From Candidatus Woesearchaeota archaeon (GTDB taxonomy: Archaea; Nanobdellota; Nanobdellia; Woesearchaeales; JAWBMQ01), in NCBI GenBank assembly GCA_038828875.1, contig JAWBMQ010000003.1:1-63603 (forward strand): a stretch of 63,603 nt of DNA. The letters are read 5' to 3'. Shown piece after piece: positions 26,004-35,488 of the stretch. Numbering within the stretch: position 1 is the stretch's first letter; the number at the start of each line of letters is the position of its first letter. The notes beneath the pieces are model-generated. The model did not search any database. It saw only the letters and a list, made by a program, of their open reading frames with translations, and was not told the origin of the DNA. A program made the translations under genes and the position numbers.

Positions 26004-26864
26004 ATGGACCCTTACAATTTAGAGCATTCGTCAAAAACAATAATAACTGAAACAATTTTATTAATTGTATTTCTTATTCTCTCTGGAATTTATTTAAGAA
26101 TCTTTATTTTGCCAATTAACACTTTTTTAGATCTTAACTTCCAATACATTAGTAGTTTAGGTATTGCTTTTGTTTTAAATCCTGTTGTTGGTTTATTCTT
26201 CTATTTTTTAAAAAAATCAAAATTTAAAACATTAGGATTTTTTATAGTTTCACCTGTTTTATTAATATTTGCAAAAAATGTAGAAACCTTCTTATTGATA
26301 TTAAGCTTTTTAATAATATTACTCACATTTTATCTATTTAAGAAACAAGAATATCATTATCTAAAGATCTATGTGCAGACCATCTTAGCCTTAATGAGCT
26401 TATTGATACTTTATACATTTTTATCAAACGCAAACTATTCTGAAAAAGTGATCGACAGACTTACAAAAGATTTTATGTCTAGTGAAGAATATCAAAAGAT
26501 GATTGGTTCAATTGATATACCTTTCGTTAATTTTGTATTCAATTTAATTACAATATTCCTTTATGGAATTTACACTATCATTCTTTTCTTTCCTAGTTTT
26601 TTAACTTATGTTCTTTTAGCTAAAAATAATAAAACTCCCGATGATTTAAAACCTCTTAATTTATCTTTAACTGTTTCTGAACCTAACAAAACCAATGTTA
26701 ATTCTAATACTCAAGAAACTAAACAAGAAATAAATCAAACAAATAACCAACAAAATAATCAAAATTTACAAAACCAAAATAATCCAACAGATCAAAATCC
26801 AAATCCCTCTCAAAACGATAATGATCCATATGCAGAAATTTTTAAAAAATATAATCTAAAATAA
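26004..26864 (+). CDS. Hypothetical polytopic membrane protein (286 aa) with N/Q-rich tail
   Basis: Same length and similar TM/helix/TM layout as 25141..26001, starting 2 nt after it. The C-terminus is N/Q/T-rich. Confidence 0.55.
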   Translation: MDPYNLEHSSKTIITETILLIVFLILSGIYLRIFILPINTFLDLNFQYISSLGIAFVLNPVVGLFFYFLKKSKFKTLGFFIVSPVLLIFAKNVETFLLILSFLIILLTFYLFKKQEYHYLKIYVQTILALMSLLILYTFLSNANYSEKVIDRLTKDFMSSEEYQKMIGSIDIPFVNFVFNLITIFLYGIYTIILFFPSFLTYVLLAKNNKTPDDLKPLNLSLTVSEPNKTNVNSNTQETKQEINQTNNQQNNQNLQNQNNPTDQNPNPSQNDNDPYAEIFKKYNLK

Positions 26865-26893
26865 AAAAAATTAAATTAAGAATTAATAAATAG

Positions 26894-27940
26894 CTATTTC
26901 TTTGATTTTTGATATACCACTCTAGTAGGATATGCAAAGTTAATTTTATTCTTCTTAAAAGCTTTGTAAATAAGTTCATTTGCTAAAGTACAAGAATCAA
27001 TTTTGTTCTTAATATCATTTATCCAAAATTTAACTTCAAAATTTAATCCACTGTCTCCGAAACTTACAAAATTAATCTTTAATTTATGATCATCATCTAA
27101 TACCAAATAAGGTATTTTCTTTATTTCGTTTTCAACAACTTTTTTTAATTTATCTATATCTGTTCCATATTCTACTGAAAATTTTATAACCACTCTTACT
27201 TCAGGAGTAGGATACATATCATTTTTAATTATATCAGTAGCAACCTTCACATTAGGAATAATCAACTCTTCATTATTCCATGATCTTATTCTAGTCGTTC
27301 TTAAACCAATATCTAAAACTTCTCCAGAAACTCCTGAAGAAGGCAATTCAACAAAATCTCCTACCTTAAAGTTTTTATCATATATTAACAGAATTCCTGC
27401 AATAACATTTTCTAATGTGTCTTTCGCTGCCAATGAAAATGCTAAACCTGCTAAACCCAAACTACCCATGATTACTGTAAGATTAATTCCCCATCTATGT
27501 AAAATTACCGTAACTCCTATTAAAAACATACCGATCATTACTAACTTAGAAACCAATTGATATCCTGAATTCTCAACAAAAACAATTTTTCTCTTTTCAG
27601 CTTCTTTAATTAGTTTTTCTCTAATCACAAAATTATATGTTGAGTAAATCTTGATTATCAAAAAAGTGTTAGATAATATAAGAATAGAATCAATTATTTT
27701 CAAATAAATTTCATTTTTTAAGAATTCGATTTCATGAAGCAATACATAACGAAAAGATATTAAAAAAAAGCTAAAAATAAGAAATGGCAATAAATTTTTT
27801 ATAAAATACTCCTCAATTTTCGTTCTATCTTTTCTCAAGAAGAATTTTATATTCTTAAGAATAAGTTCAAAAAGAATTATACTTAATGCTAACAAAGACA
27901 TACTAATAAAAATGAACCAAAAAAGAGTATTTGACATCAT
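26894..27940 (-). CDS. Mechanosensitive ion channel, MscS family
   Basis: N-terminal TM segments followed by VGDFVELPSSGVSGEVLDIGLRTTRIRSWNNEELIIPN (MscS beta-domain signature). The ATG overlaps the upstream stop (ATGA). Confidence 0.8.
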   Translation of the reverse strand: MMSNTLFWFIFISMSLLALSIILFELILKNIKFFLRKDRTKIEEYFIKNLLPFLIFSFFLISFRYVLLHEIEFLKNEIYLKIIDSILILSNTFLIIKIYSTYNFVIREKLIKEAEKRKIVFVENSGYQLVSKLVMIGMFLIGVTVILHRWGINLTVIMGSLGLAGLAFSLAAKDTLENVIAGILLIYDKNFKVGDFVELPSSGVSGEVLDIGLRTTRIRSWNNEELIIPNVKVATDIIKNDMYPTPEVRVVIKFSVEYGTDIDKLKKVVENEIKKIPYLVLDDDHKLKINFVSFGDSGLNFEVKFWINDIKNKIDSCTLANELIYKAFKKNKINFAYPTRVVYQKSKK

Positions 27941-28449
27941 CCTTCCACCTTTATAACGGAATTATGATACTGCATCCAATCTGTACCATTTTTATAATAA
28001 ACGTTAATTATTAAAATAAAAGGAAATTCATTATTAAACGTATTTTTAAGATAATTTTTATTTATTATGAAAGAACTTATCTTAAAATTTGAAGCATTAA
28101 GAATAAATTGTTCATCATTTGGATAAACAATCTTTGCTTCTGCATTTTTTTGATATAATGAAAAATTTATTTTAAATTCTCGCTCATCTGAAAAAATATT
28201 TTTTATGCCTACATAAAACTTATTGTTGTCTTTAGTAATTACTGCGGGATTTACATTCACTTTATCTCCTTTTTTCAATTCTTGAATCATTCTAATTTCA
28301 ACCTCTCTAGTTATTACCAATTTAGCATCATTCTGAGTTTTTAACACTTTAGAAAACAAAATATTTAATCCTATAATTAATGTAACAACCGTCAATATGA
28401 TTATGACCAACATACTAATTTGTATTTGTATTGCTTTTTTGCTTTTCAT
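27937..28449 (-). CDS. Putative archaeal type IV pilin-like protein (class III signal peptide-like N-terminus)
   Basis: MKSKKA-IQIQISMLVIIILTVVTLIIGLNILF is a basic leader followed by a hydrophobic helix of about 22 aa. The rest is beta-rich with no family recognised. Confidence 0.5.
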   Translation of the reverse strand: MKSKKAIQIQISMLVIIILTVVTLIIGLNILFSKVLKTQNDAKLVITREVEIRMIQELKKGDKVNVNPAVITKDNNKFYVGIKNIFSDEREFKINFSLYQKNAEAKIVYPNDEQFILNASNFKISSFIINKNYLKNTFNNEFPFILIINVYYKNGTDWMQYHNSVIKVEG

Positions 28450-28456
28450 TTTGTTT

Positions 28457-29026
28457 TTATTTTACAACAATAAAGACATATTTAGGCAATCCATAATTTT
28501 GTCCTGAACATTCTGTAGCATTTACTCTAAAAACATAAACACCTTTTTTACTTCCTTTAAAACTTATTGCTAAATTTTTTATTTCTATTTCATTTTTCTT
28601 AACTTCCAATTCGTAGCCACCATTAGAAGCGGCATATTTAGGATCTATTACTATTTGCAAATTTCCATCAGAAATTAAATTCTTTTGATAATCATATGCA
28701 ACTAAATACTCTGCAGAAATTTTAAATTTAGTACAATCACTTTTTTCATTCTTCAATGCATAACCAAAATTAGCAACTCCTGACCCTTTCAAAACTACGA
28801 AATTGAACGGAACATAAAATAATGATTGTTCTGATTCTAAAACTATTTTTTCAATCCTTTTTTTAATTTCTAAATTTAATTGATCACTCATTTCCATTGA
28901 TTTAGAAATAACTGTTCTATACAAAACAAAAGACAAAATAAGAATAAATAAAGAAAGAATAACAATAACCAGCGTATTTATATGTAATTCAATCCCCTTT
29001 TTATCTAATTTATTTCTAAAAACCAT
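28457..29026 (-). CDS. Putative archaeal type IV pilin-like protein
   Basis: The leader MVFRNKLDKKG is followed by IELHINTLVIVILSLFILILSFVLY. There are two Cys in the C-terminal domain. Confidence 0.5.
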   Translation of the reverse strand: MVFRNKLDKKGIELHINTLVIVILSLFILILSFVLYRTVISKSMEMSDQLNLEIKKRIEKIVLESEQSLFYVPFNFVVLKGSGVANFGYALKNEKSDCTKFKISAEYLVAYDYQKNLISDGNLQIVIDPKYAASNGGYELEVKKNEIEIKNLAISFKGSKKGVYVFRVNATECSGQNYGLPKYVFIVVK

Positions 29027-29065
29027 ATTACTAAAAAAGAAAAAGTATTTTAAAAAATTTTGTTT

Positions 29066-29653
29066 TTATTTTACAGTTACTGAGAAATCTACTCTTGCAT
29101 ATGGAGATGATTGTGTTGAGGTAGAACTTACATTATCATAAACTATAAAAGAACAATAATATGTTGCTCCTGAAACTGCATTAGATTTAACACTCACAGA
29201 CCATTTGAAAACTTTAACTTCTCCACCTTGTAAAACAATTTGCGCAGGATATGAAAAGCTTATTTTAGAAGAGGGATTATTAGAATCTGAATCAGAACTA
29301 TAACAAGAAATTACACCACCTGAACCACTAAATTTACCAGCACTATCTATAGAACCTCCCGAAAAATTAAATCTTGCTTCTTGCCCTAAATCATTTCTTA
29401 TTGCAAATTCAGTACTCTTCTTTTCACCTTTTTTCAATTCAAAAGTATCAATAGACAAGACTAACCTTTCATTACCTTGTGTTAATCTATCTCTTAAAAC
29501 TTTTTGAACATCTGAATTAACATTACTGAATTGATCTGATGCACTAGAGAATGTATTTCTTATAAACATCAAACCAAAACCTAATAAAGTCATTGCTAAA
29601 ATTAAAATAACTATTGTTGAAATAGACATATTGAGATCTCCTTTTTTTAACAT
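29066..29653 (-). CDS. Putative archaeal type IV pilin-like protein
   Basis: The leader MLKKG is followed by DLNMSISTIVILILAMTLLGFGLMFI. The C-terminal domain is S/G-rich with two Cys. Confidence 0.5.
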   Translation of the reverse strand: MLKKGDLNMSISTIVILILAMTLLGFGLMFIRNTFSSASDQFSNVNSDVQKVLRDRLTQGNERLVLSIDTFELKKGEKKSTEFAIRNDLGQEARFNFSGGSIDSAGKFSGSGGVISCYSSDSDSNNPSSKISFSYPAQIVLQGGEVKVFKWSVSVKSNAVSGATYYCSFIVYDNVSSTSTQSSPYARVDFSVTVK

Positions 29654-29794
29654 GGTTTCACCTTTTAAATACTTTAGAAAATATCATTTATAAATTTTAC
29701 TTAAAAAAGCAAAAATGATGTATGACTACTTTTAAAAAGTTAAAAAAAAGAAAAATTTTATTAATGAATTATAAAATCTTAATGATGTGAGAAT

Positions 29795-32422
29795 ATGCTC
29801 TTCAAATTTAAAAAAGATGAAATAAATAAAAAATATATCTATTTTTTTGGGGAATTAGGTATCGAAGCAAAAAGGATTCTTGGCGGAAAAGGTGCAGGAT
29901 TAAGCGAATTAAAAAAAATAGGGATACCGATTCCTAATGGCTTTACAATAAGTGCTGAAATTTGCGATTATTATTACAAAAACAACAAACAATATCCTAA
30001 AGATTTTAAGGAAGAAGTATTGAATGCTATGAAAAGATTAGAAGAGTTAAGCAGAAAGAAATTTGGCGAAGATCTGTTAGTTTCAGTAAGAAGTGGTGCA
30101 GAAATAAGCATGCCTGGAATGATGGATACAATTCTTAATTTAGGCTTAAATGATAAAAATGTAAAATTATTAGCTAAAAAAACAAACAACGAAAGATTCG
30201 CATATGATAGTTATAGAAGATTAATTCAAATGTTTGGAGATGTTGTACTTAATTTAGACGGTTTTGAAGAAGAACTAGAAAAATTAAAAAAAGAAAGGAA
30301 ATTGAAATATGATTCTGAATTAACTGCTGATGATCTCAAAGAATTGATAAAAAGATACAAAGAGATTTATAAAAAACATAAAAAAGAGTTCCCTCAAGAT
30401 CCTTATAAACAATTATTTTTAGCTATTGATGCTGTTTTTAATTCATGGAATAATGAAAGAGCTAAAACATATAGAAAGATTAACAATATTACTGGTTTGC
30501 TAGGAACTGCAGTAAATATTGTTGAAATGGTCTTTGGTAACATGGGTGAAGATTCAGGAACTGGTGTACTTTTTACAAGAGATCCTAACACAGGAGAAAA
30601 TAAATTATTTGGTGAATTTCTTAGTAATGCACAAGGAGAAGATATTGTAGCAGGAATAAGAACTCCTCAAAAATTAGAAGAATTGAAAAAAGTTATGCCT
30701 AATGTTTATGATCAACTAGAACAAATAAAAGAAAAAGCCGAAAAACATTTCAAAGATATGTTGGATATTGAATTTACAGTAGAAAAAGGAAAATTATATA
30801 TACTTCAAGTAAGAAGTGGTAAAAGAAGTGCAAAAGCAGCAATAAAAATTGCTTTAGATCTAGTGAAAGAAAAAATTATAACTAAGAAAGAAGCTATCTT
30901 AAGAATTAAAGTTGAAGATATTGAACAGTTATTACATAAGCAATTAAATCCAAAAGAAAATGATAAACTAATTGGTGTTGGTCTTGCTGCATCCCCTGGA
31001 GGTGCAGTAGGAAAGATTGTCATTGATTCTAACAAAGCAACCAAAGATAGCATTTTAGTTAGAACTGAAACTAGTGCAGAAGATATTAAAGGAATGGCAA
31101 TTGCTCAAGGATTCTTAACTGCGAGAGGAGGCTTAACAAGTCATGCTGCAGTAGTAGCTAGAGGAATGGGAAAACCTTGTGTTGTTGGTTGTGAAAATTT
31201 AATTGTAAACGAAAAAGAAGGAATTGTTGAATTTAAAATTAATAAAGAAAGAATCATTTTAAAAGAAGGAGATGAAATAAGCATTGATGGAACTACTGGA
31301 AAAATATATCTCGGAAAAGTTGAACTCATTGAAAGTTCCTTAATGGATGAACTCAAAGAATTTTTAAAATGGTGTGATGAATTTAAAAAGTTAAAGGTAA
31401 AAGCTAATGCTGAAACACCTAAAGATGTTTTACAATCTTTAGAATTTGGAGCAGAAGGAATCGGTTTAGCGAGAACTGAGCATATGTTTTTCAATGAAAA
31501 TAGAATAATGAGTGTAAGAAAAATGATTTTTTCTGAAACAGTAGAAGAAAGAAAAAACGCTCTTAAAGAACTTCTTCCAATGCAAAGGAACGATTTCATT
31601 GAAATTTTCAAACTTATGAAAGATAAACCAGTTACAATAAGATTATTAGATCCTCCATTGCATGAATTTTTACCTAAAACAAAAGAAGCAATTTTACAAA
31701 CTTCCGCACTATTAAAAATATCTGAAGAAGAAGTAATGAAAAAAATACAAGATTTAGAAGAAGCAAATCCAATGCTAGGTCATAGAGGATGTAGATTAGC
31801 AATAACTTATCCAGAAATCTATGGCATGCAAGTTCAAGCAATAATTGAAGCAGGAATTTTCGTAAAGAAGAATCTAAAAATAGAACCGAACATACAAATA
31901 ATGATTCCTATCATAGCTGACGCCAAAGAATTAGAAATTATAAAAGAATATATTCTAAATATCATCAATAGAATGTTTGAAGATTTCAACGTTAAATTAA
32001 ATATAAAAATAGGAACAATGATTGAATTGCCAAGAGCTGCATTGATGGCTGACGAAATTGCACATGTTGCAGAATTCTTTAGTTTTGGTACTAACGATTT
32101 GACACAAACTACATTAGGAATTTCTAGAGATGATGCTGGTAAATTTTTAAATGATTACATAAACAAAGAAATTTATCCTGAGGATCCCTTCAAAACTTTA
32201 GATATCGGAGTAAAGAAATTGATTAAATTAGCAATTGAAAATGGTAAAAAAGAAAACAAAAATTTAGAAATAGGTATTTGTGGAGAACACGGAGGAGATC
32301 CTAAAAGTATAGAATTTTGTCATGAAATAGGAATGGATTACGTTAGTTGTAGTCCTTTCAGAATACCTATAGCAAAATTAGTTGCTGCTAAGAAAGCAAT
32401 ATTAGAAGAAAAAGTTAAATAA
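29795..32422 (+). CDS. ppdK: Pyruvate, phosphate dikinase
   Basis: GGKGAGLSEL, the phospho-His region TARGGLTSHAAVVARGMGKPCV, and the C-terminal GICGEHGGDP. Confidence 0.95.
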   Translation: MLFKFKKDEINKKYIYFFGELGIEAKRILGGKGAGLSELKKIGIPIPNGFTISAEICDYYYKNNKQYPKDFKEEVLNAMKRLEELSRKKFGEDLLVSVRSGAEISMPGMMDTILNLGLNDKNVKLLAKKTNNERFAYDSYRRLIQMFGDVVLNLDGFEEELEKLKKERKLKYDSELTADDLKELIKRYKEIYKKHKKEFPQDPYKQLFLAIDAVFNSWNNERAKTYRKINNITGLLGTAVNIVEMVFGNMGEDSGTGVLFTRDPNTGENKLFGEFLSNAQGEDIVAGIRTPQKLEELKKVMPNVYDQLEQIKEKAEKHFKDMLDIEFTVEKGKLYILQVRSGKRSAKAAIKIALDLVKEKIITKKEAILRIKVEDIEQLLHKQLNPKENDKLIGVGLAASPGGAVGKIVIDSNKATKDSILVRTETSAEDIKGMAIAQGFLTARGGLTSHAAVVARGMGKPCVVGCENLIVNEKEGIVEFKINKERIILKEGDEISIDGTTGKIYLGKVELIESSLMDELKEFLKWCDEFKKLKVKANAETPKDVLQSLEFGAEGIGLARTEHMFFNENRIMSVRKMIFSETVEERKNALKELLPMQRNDFIEIFKLMKDKPVTIRLLDPPLHEFLPKTKEAILQTSALLKISEEEVMKKIQDLEEANPMLGHRGCRLAITYPEIYGMQVQAIIEAGIFVKKNLKIEPNIQIMIPIIADAKELEIIKEYILNIINRMFEDFNVKLNIKIGTMIELPRAALMADEIAHVAEFFSFGTNDLTQTTLGISRDDAGKFLNDYINKEIYPEDPFKTLDIGVKKLIKLAIENGKKENKNLEIGICGEHGGDPKSIEFCHEIGMDYVSCSPFRIPIAKLVAAKKAILEEKVK

Positions 32423-32441
32423 AAAACTAAATTAAAATTTT

Positions 32442-32606
32442 TTATTTATTTTTCTTTTCAAAGTAACCACAGTTTCCACAAGTTAAGCGGTCTTTGTGAT
32501 CTGCAAGAAATGCAACACCACATTTTGGACAAATTCTCTTTAATCTCTTAACATTTTCTCCTTCTACTTTGTAATAAGTATATGCTTTTACTGGCTTATT
32601 TCTCAT
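32442..32606 (-). CDS. rps27ae: Ribosomal protein S27ae (eS31)
   Basis: 54 aa, below the ORF-track cutoff: [48 protein letters not shown]. The ATG overlaps the S24e stop (ATGA). Confidence 0.8.
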   Translation of the reverse strand: MRNKPVKAYTYYKVEGENVKRLKRICPKCGVAFLADHKDRLTCGNCGYFEKKNK

Positions 32607-32893
32607 TTTTTCACCTCAATTAACCCATTTAATTCTAAAAATCTTTTTGTTTCTAACTTATGCATTGCTTTTTCATCTTCATAAACGGAAATATTAACTA
32701 ATGCTTCTCTCTTCTTGAACATTGTATGAAACTTTTTTACTACTGTCAATTCTGGTCTAGTATTTTTTATTGCTATAAATTTATCTCTTATTTCCTTTCT
32801 ACTTGGTAATGCATTTTCCCACGTAATTTTAACAACATAATCCTTTCTTTTTAACAATGATGCATTTGTTTCTTGCAATATTTTTAAATCCAT
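32603..32893 (-). CDS. rps24e: Ribosomal protein S24e
   Basis: [19 protein letters not shown]...[13 protein letters not shown] matches the S24e pattern and sits in the conserved S24e-S27ae pair. Confidence 0.85.
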   Translation of the reverse strand: MDLKILQETNASLLKRKDYVVKITWENALPSRKEIRDKFIAIKNTRPELTVVKKFHTMFKKREALVNISVYEDEKAMHKLETKRFLELNGLIEVKK

Positions 32894-32903
32894 TTTTTCA
32901 CCT

Positions 32904-33098
32904 CTAATACATAGACAATTTTATTGCAAAATCTCCTTTTTTTGTTATTTGTGCTACTTTAGAAACTTCTGAAGCATCAGGATTAAATACATAGATTCTT
33001 CCTCGATATCCTTCTACAAAATCCGATTGATTACACATTGGACAAACCGTCTCTTTTTCATCTACAATTAATCTACAATGTTTACACACTTTTTTCAT
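32904..33098 (-). CDS. spt4: Transcription elongation factor Spt4 (RpoE'')
   Basis: MKKVCKHCRLIVDEKETVCPMCNQSDF is a Zn ribbon followed by GRIYVFNP. The start chosen is M9 of the ORF (ORF-track start 33122). Confidence 0.8.
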   Translation of the reverse strand: MKKVCKHCRLIVDEKETVCPMCNQSDFVEGYRGRIYVFNPDASEVSKVAQITKKGDFAIKLSMY

Positions 33099-33621
33099 CT
33101 TCCCACCATTCCTCTTTTCCAAGATATGGTTGTCTCATAGTTAAACCAATCTTTGGATTCATAATATCTTTCAAACTTATAGCAATAATTCTAGCTAAAA
33201 CAACATCACCGATCTTTAAAGATCTTTTAGTATTTTTTCCACTAAGTACTTGAGATTTGGAAAATGTAACAACATCATTCATAGTTTGTGAAATATGAAT
33301 CATTCCATCAAAAGGACCTATTGAAATAAATGCTCCAAATTCAGTAATATCTAAAATTCTTCCAATAACAGCTTCTTGAAGCAAGGATTTGTATGCATAA
33401 ATCTCAAATTCACAAGGATAATACACTGCACCATCTCCACTAATTACAAACCCCTCTCCTATGTTTTGAACAGCACCTATTGCAACAACAAATCCAATTT
33501 CTCTATCATTCAATCCTAAATATTTTTCTTCCAATGCTTTTTTGATAGATTCTTGAACATCATAATTAAACAAATGAGGAGGAACTCTTACATGATCCTT
33601 CATCAAATACTTATAAAACAC
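33082..33621 (-). CDS. rpoE: RNA polymerase subunit E' (Rpo7) with S1 domain
   Basis: MFYKYLMKDHVRVPPHLF plus a C-terminal S1-like fold (GRILDITEFGAFISIGPFDGMIHISQ). Confidence 0.85.
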   Translation of the reverse strand: MFYKYLMKDHVRVPPHLFNYDVQESIKKALEEKYLGLNDREIGFVVAIGAVQNIGEGFVISGDGAVYYPCEFEIYAYKSLLQEAVIGRILDITEFGAFISIGPFDGMIHISQTMNDVVTFSKSQVLSGKNTKRSLKIGDVVLARIIAISLKDIMNPKIGLTMRQPYLGKEEWWEDEKSV

Positions 33622-33723
33622 AGTTTCACCTCAAAATTTTGGTCATTAGCATTATTTTTAAATGTTTTGTTATTTTTCACGATTTAATATATTTTTTTTT
33701 AAAATCTTTATGAATTAAAAAAT

Positions 33724-33731
33724 TTTATAAA
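33724..33731 (+). promoter_or_regulatory. Putative TATA box for tRNA-Glu
   Basis: TTTATAAA begins 32 nt upstream of tRNA position 1. Confidence 0.4.
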
Positions 33732-33755
33732 AATAAGCATTATCTTTTTCAATAA

Positions 33756-33828
33756 GCTCCGTTGGTGTAGAGGTCAAGCATAGGGGCCTCTCGAGCCTCT
33801 GACCCGGGTTCAAATCCCGGACGGAGCA
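33756..33828 (+). tRNA. tRNA-Glu (anticodon CUC)
   Basis: Hand-folded cloverleaf: acceptor GCTCCGT/ACGGAGC, anticodon stem GGGGC/GCCTC, loop CTCTCGA, T arm CCGGG-TTCAAAT-CCCGG. No encoded CCA. Confidence 0.9.
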
Positions 33829-34119
33829 GATTTATATGAATTAAAATAATTATTTTCTAAAGAAAATAATAAAATGATTGTTTTTAAATTATTAGATTAT
33901 TTATTAAATAACTTTTTAAATCAAAAAAACAAAGAGATTTTTATGGTTGAAAACATAAAATATCCTGTGGCTTATAAAGATGTTAAAAAGAACGAACGCA
34001 TTGACGCATTTTTTAGAAAAAAAGAAGAAAATCAAGAAAATTCTAGATAAATTTTTTCTTTTTTATTTTTCTTTTCACAATCAAAAAATTTATTTATTGT
34101 AGAATAAGATAATAAAAGA

Positions 34120-34842
34120 ATGGAAGGCTACGTGAAAAATATTGAATTATCATTTACCGAAACACTAGGAGATGTAATCAAAATCCAATTTCAAGGATGT
34201 AATTTAAATTGTCCTTTCTGTCCCAGATTCGAAGATAGAATTTTCAGTGAAAAAGACTTTATTGATTTTCTACACCTTAAAAGAAAAATTGAAGAAATAA
34301 ATAATAGCAAAATACTAATCCAGGGAGGAGAACCATTACTCCAAGATAAATTTTTATATACTATCTTAGCTTATTTTCTAAAATTTCGAGAAATTTGGCT
34401 ACAAACTAATCTTTATAAACCTGAAAAAATAAAAGAATTAATTGCTATTGGATTAAAAAACTACATTATAAATTGGTGGAGTTATGATAGCAATCTTTTC
34501 AATAAACTTACTAATTCTAAAAATTTTTTCAACAATGAAAAAATACAACTTTACGATATATTTTATTCGCTTCATATATTAAAAAAAGAAAAAATCGTAC
34601 CTATGTTTAAGATGACCATAATCCCTGGAATTTTCTATACTAAAGATCATATCTTAAACGAAATTGAATTTATTAGTAATTTTGGTTTTTATCCTACTAT
34701 AATTATAACACCTATAAATCCAAATCTTGCAAAAGGAAGATACAAACAACTTAATCCTATATCTAATGAATATTTAGAAAACTTAAAACAAACACTTTTT
34801 AATGCAGGCTATAAAGCAATTATTGATCCCTATCTTTTCTAA
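34120..34842 (+). CDS. Small radical SAM protein (activase / QueE-like fold)
   Basis: The CxxxCxxC cluster motif is FQGCNLNCPFCP near the N-terminus, and a glycine-rich SAM motif ILIQGGEPL follows. Confidence 0.65.
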   Translation: MEGYVKNIELSFTETLGDVIKIQFQGCNLNCPFCPRFEDRIFSEKDFIDFLHLKRKIEEINNSKILIQGGEPLLQDKFLYTILAYFLKFREIWLQTNLYKPEKIKELIAIGLKNYIINWWSYDSNLFNKLTNSKNFFNNEKIQLYDIFYSLHILKKEKIVPMFKMTIIPGIFYTKDHILNEIEFISNFGFYPTIIITPINPNLAKGRYKQLNPISNEYLENLKQTLFNAGYKAIIDPYLF

Positions 34843-35455
34843 AATTTTTCAAACTATAATTTTCTCTTTCTTTGTACTTGTATAAGGTTATCTTTTCAAA
34901 AGGAGTTTCTTTAAATGCTTCTGAAAAAGATCTAGTAATAAAAGAATCATAATTTTCTAATAGTGTTCTTACCTCATCTACTGGAATTTTAGTTCCTAAA
35001 GAAATCTCTTCCACACTTAAAAATTTGTCCTTGTTCTTCTTTAAGTATTCAATTATTTGTTTAGTTTTTTTCATATCAATCCATATTCCTTGATTAATTA
35101 AATTATTGAATATCTTTTTCAATTCCGGATTTTTTGTAACAAACAAAACTTTAGAATTGATTACCCTTTGCTTTTTCCCTTCAAAAGATAATTCTGAACT
35201 TACTAAAGCTAGTGATTCTAACCGATTTATTGCTTCTGAGATTGTAGATACCGAATGATTCAAATTCTCTGCAAGTTCAATTAGCTTCACATTTTTATTT
35301 TCAGATAAGTATTTCAAAATTTTTCGATAGATTGGATTTTCCCAAGCAACAGAAATATTCTTAAGCATTTCTGGAGTAATTTTTGACTTAGGAAAAAAAT
35401 CTAAAAGTTTTTCACTACCTAATTCATAATAAACGCAAAGTTCAAAATTCATCAA
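34820..35455 (-). CDS. wHTH transcriptional regulator (ArsR/TrmB-like)
   Basis: YRKILKYLSENKNVKLIELAENLNHSVSTISEAINRLESLALV. The 3' end overlaps the convergent radical SAM gene by 23 nt. Confidence 0.5.
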   Translation of the reverse strand: MMNFELCVYYELGSEKLLDFFPKSKITPEMLKNISVAWENPIYRKILKYLSENKNVKLIELAENLNHSVSTISEAINRLESLALVSSELSFEGKKQRVINSKVLFVTKNPELKKIFNNLINQGIWIDMKKTKQIIEYLKKNKDKFLSVEEISLGTKIPVDEVRTLLENYDSFITRSFSEAFKETPFEKITLYKYKERENYSLKNFRKDRDQ

Positions 35456-35488
35456 TATATTTTTAAAATCTAAAGATTTATAATTTTT

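Noticed and set aside
29701-29794. Two UGAUGU (C-box-like) strings about 68 nt apart upstream of ppdK, considered as a C/D box sRNA.
   Set aside because: There is no CUGA D or D' box and no terminal stem. The second copy is better explained as part of the ppdK ribosome-binding region.
31141-31611. A 156-aa antisense ORF inside ppdK. Similar antisense or out-of-frame ORFs occur at 1121-1303, 1499-1741, 2470-2667, 2533-2856, 6032-6340, 15103-15315, 22655-24391 (several), 29974-31053, 38707-39207, 42157-42399, 44914-45138, 53556-53804, 54181-54396, 57203-57553, 60934-61218 and 62227-62433.
   Set aside because: Each lies wholly inside a gene with strong motif support on the other strand or frame. 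Their translations are low-complexity S/F/L/I-rich, as expected from stop-poor antisense frames of AT-rich coding DNA.
33843-33856. A perfect 14-nt palindrome AAAATAATTATTTT just downstream of tRNA-Glu.
   Set aside because: A/T-only palindromes of this size are expected by chance in DNA this AT-rich, and it would not form a stable hairpin.
33874-34050. A 58-aa ORF (MIVFKLLDYLLNNF...RKKEENQENSR) in the 290-nt gap after tRNA-Glu.
   Set aside because: It has no SD, no correctly phased TATA box and no recognisable motif. It may be real, but I cannot support it, so it is mentioned only as a weak candidate.
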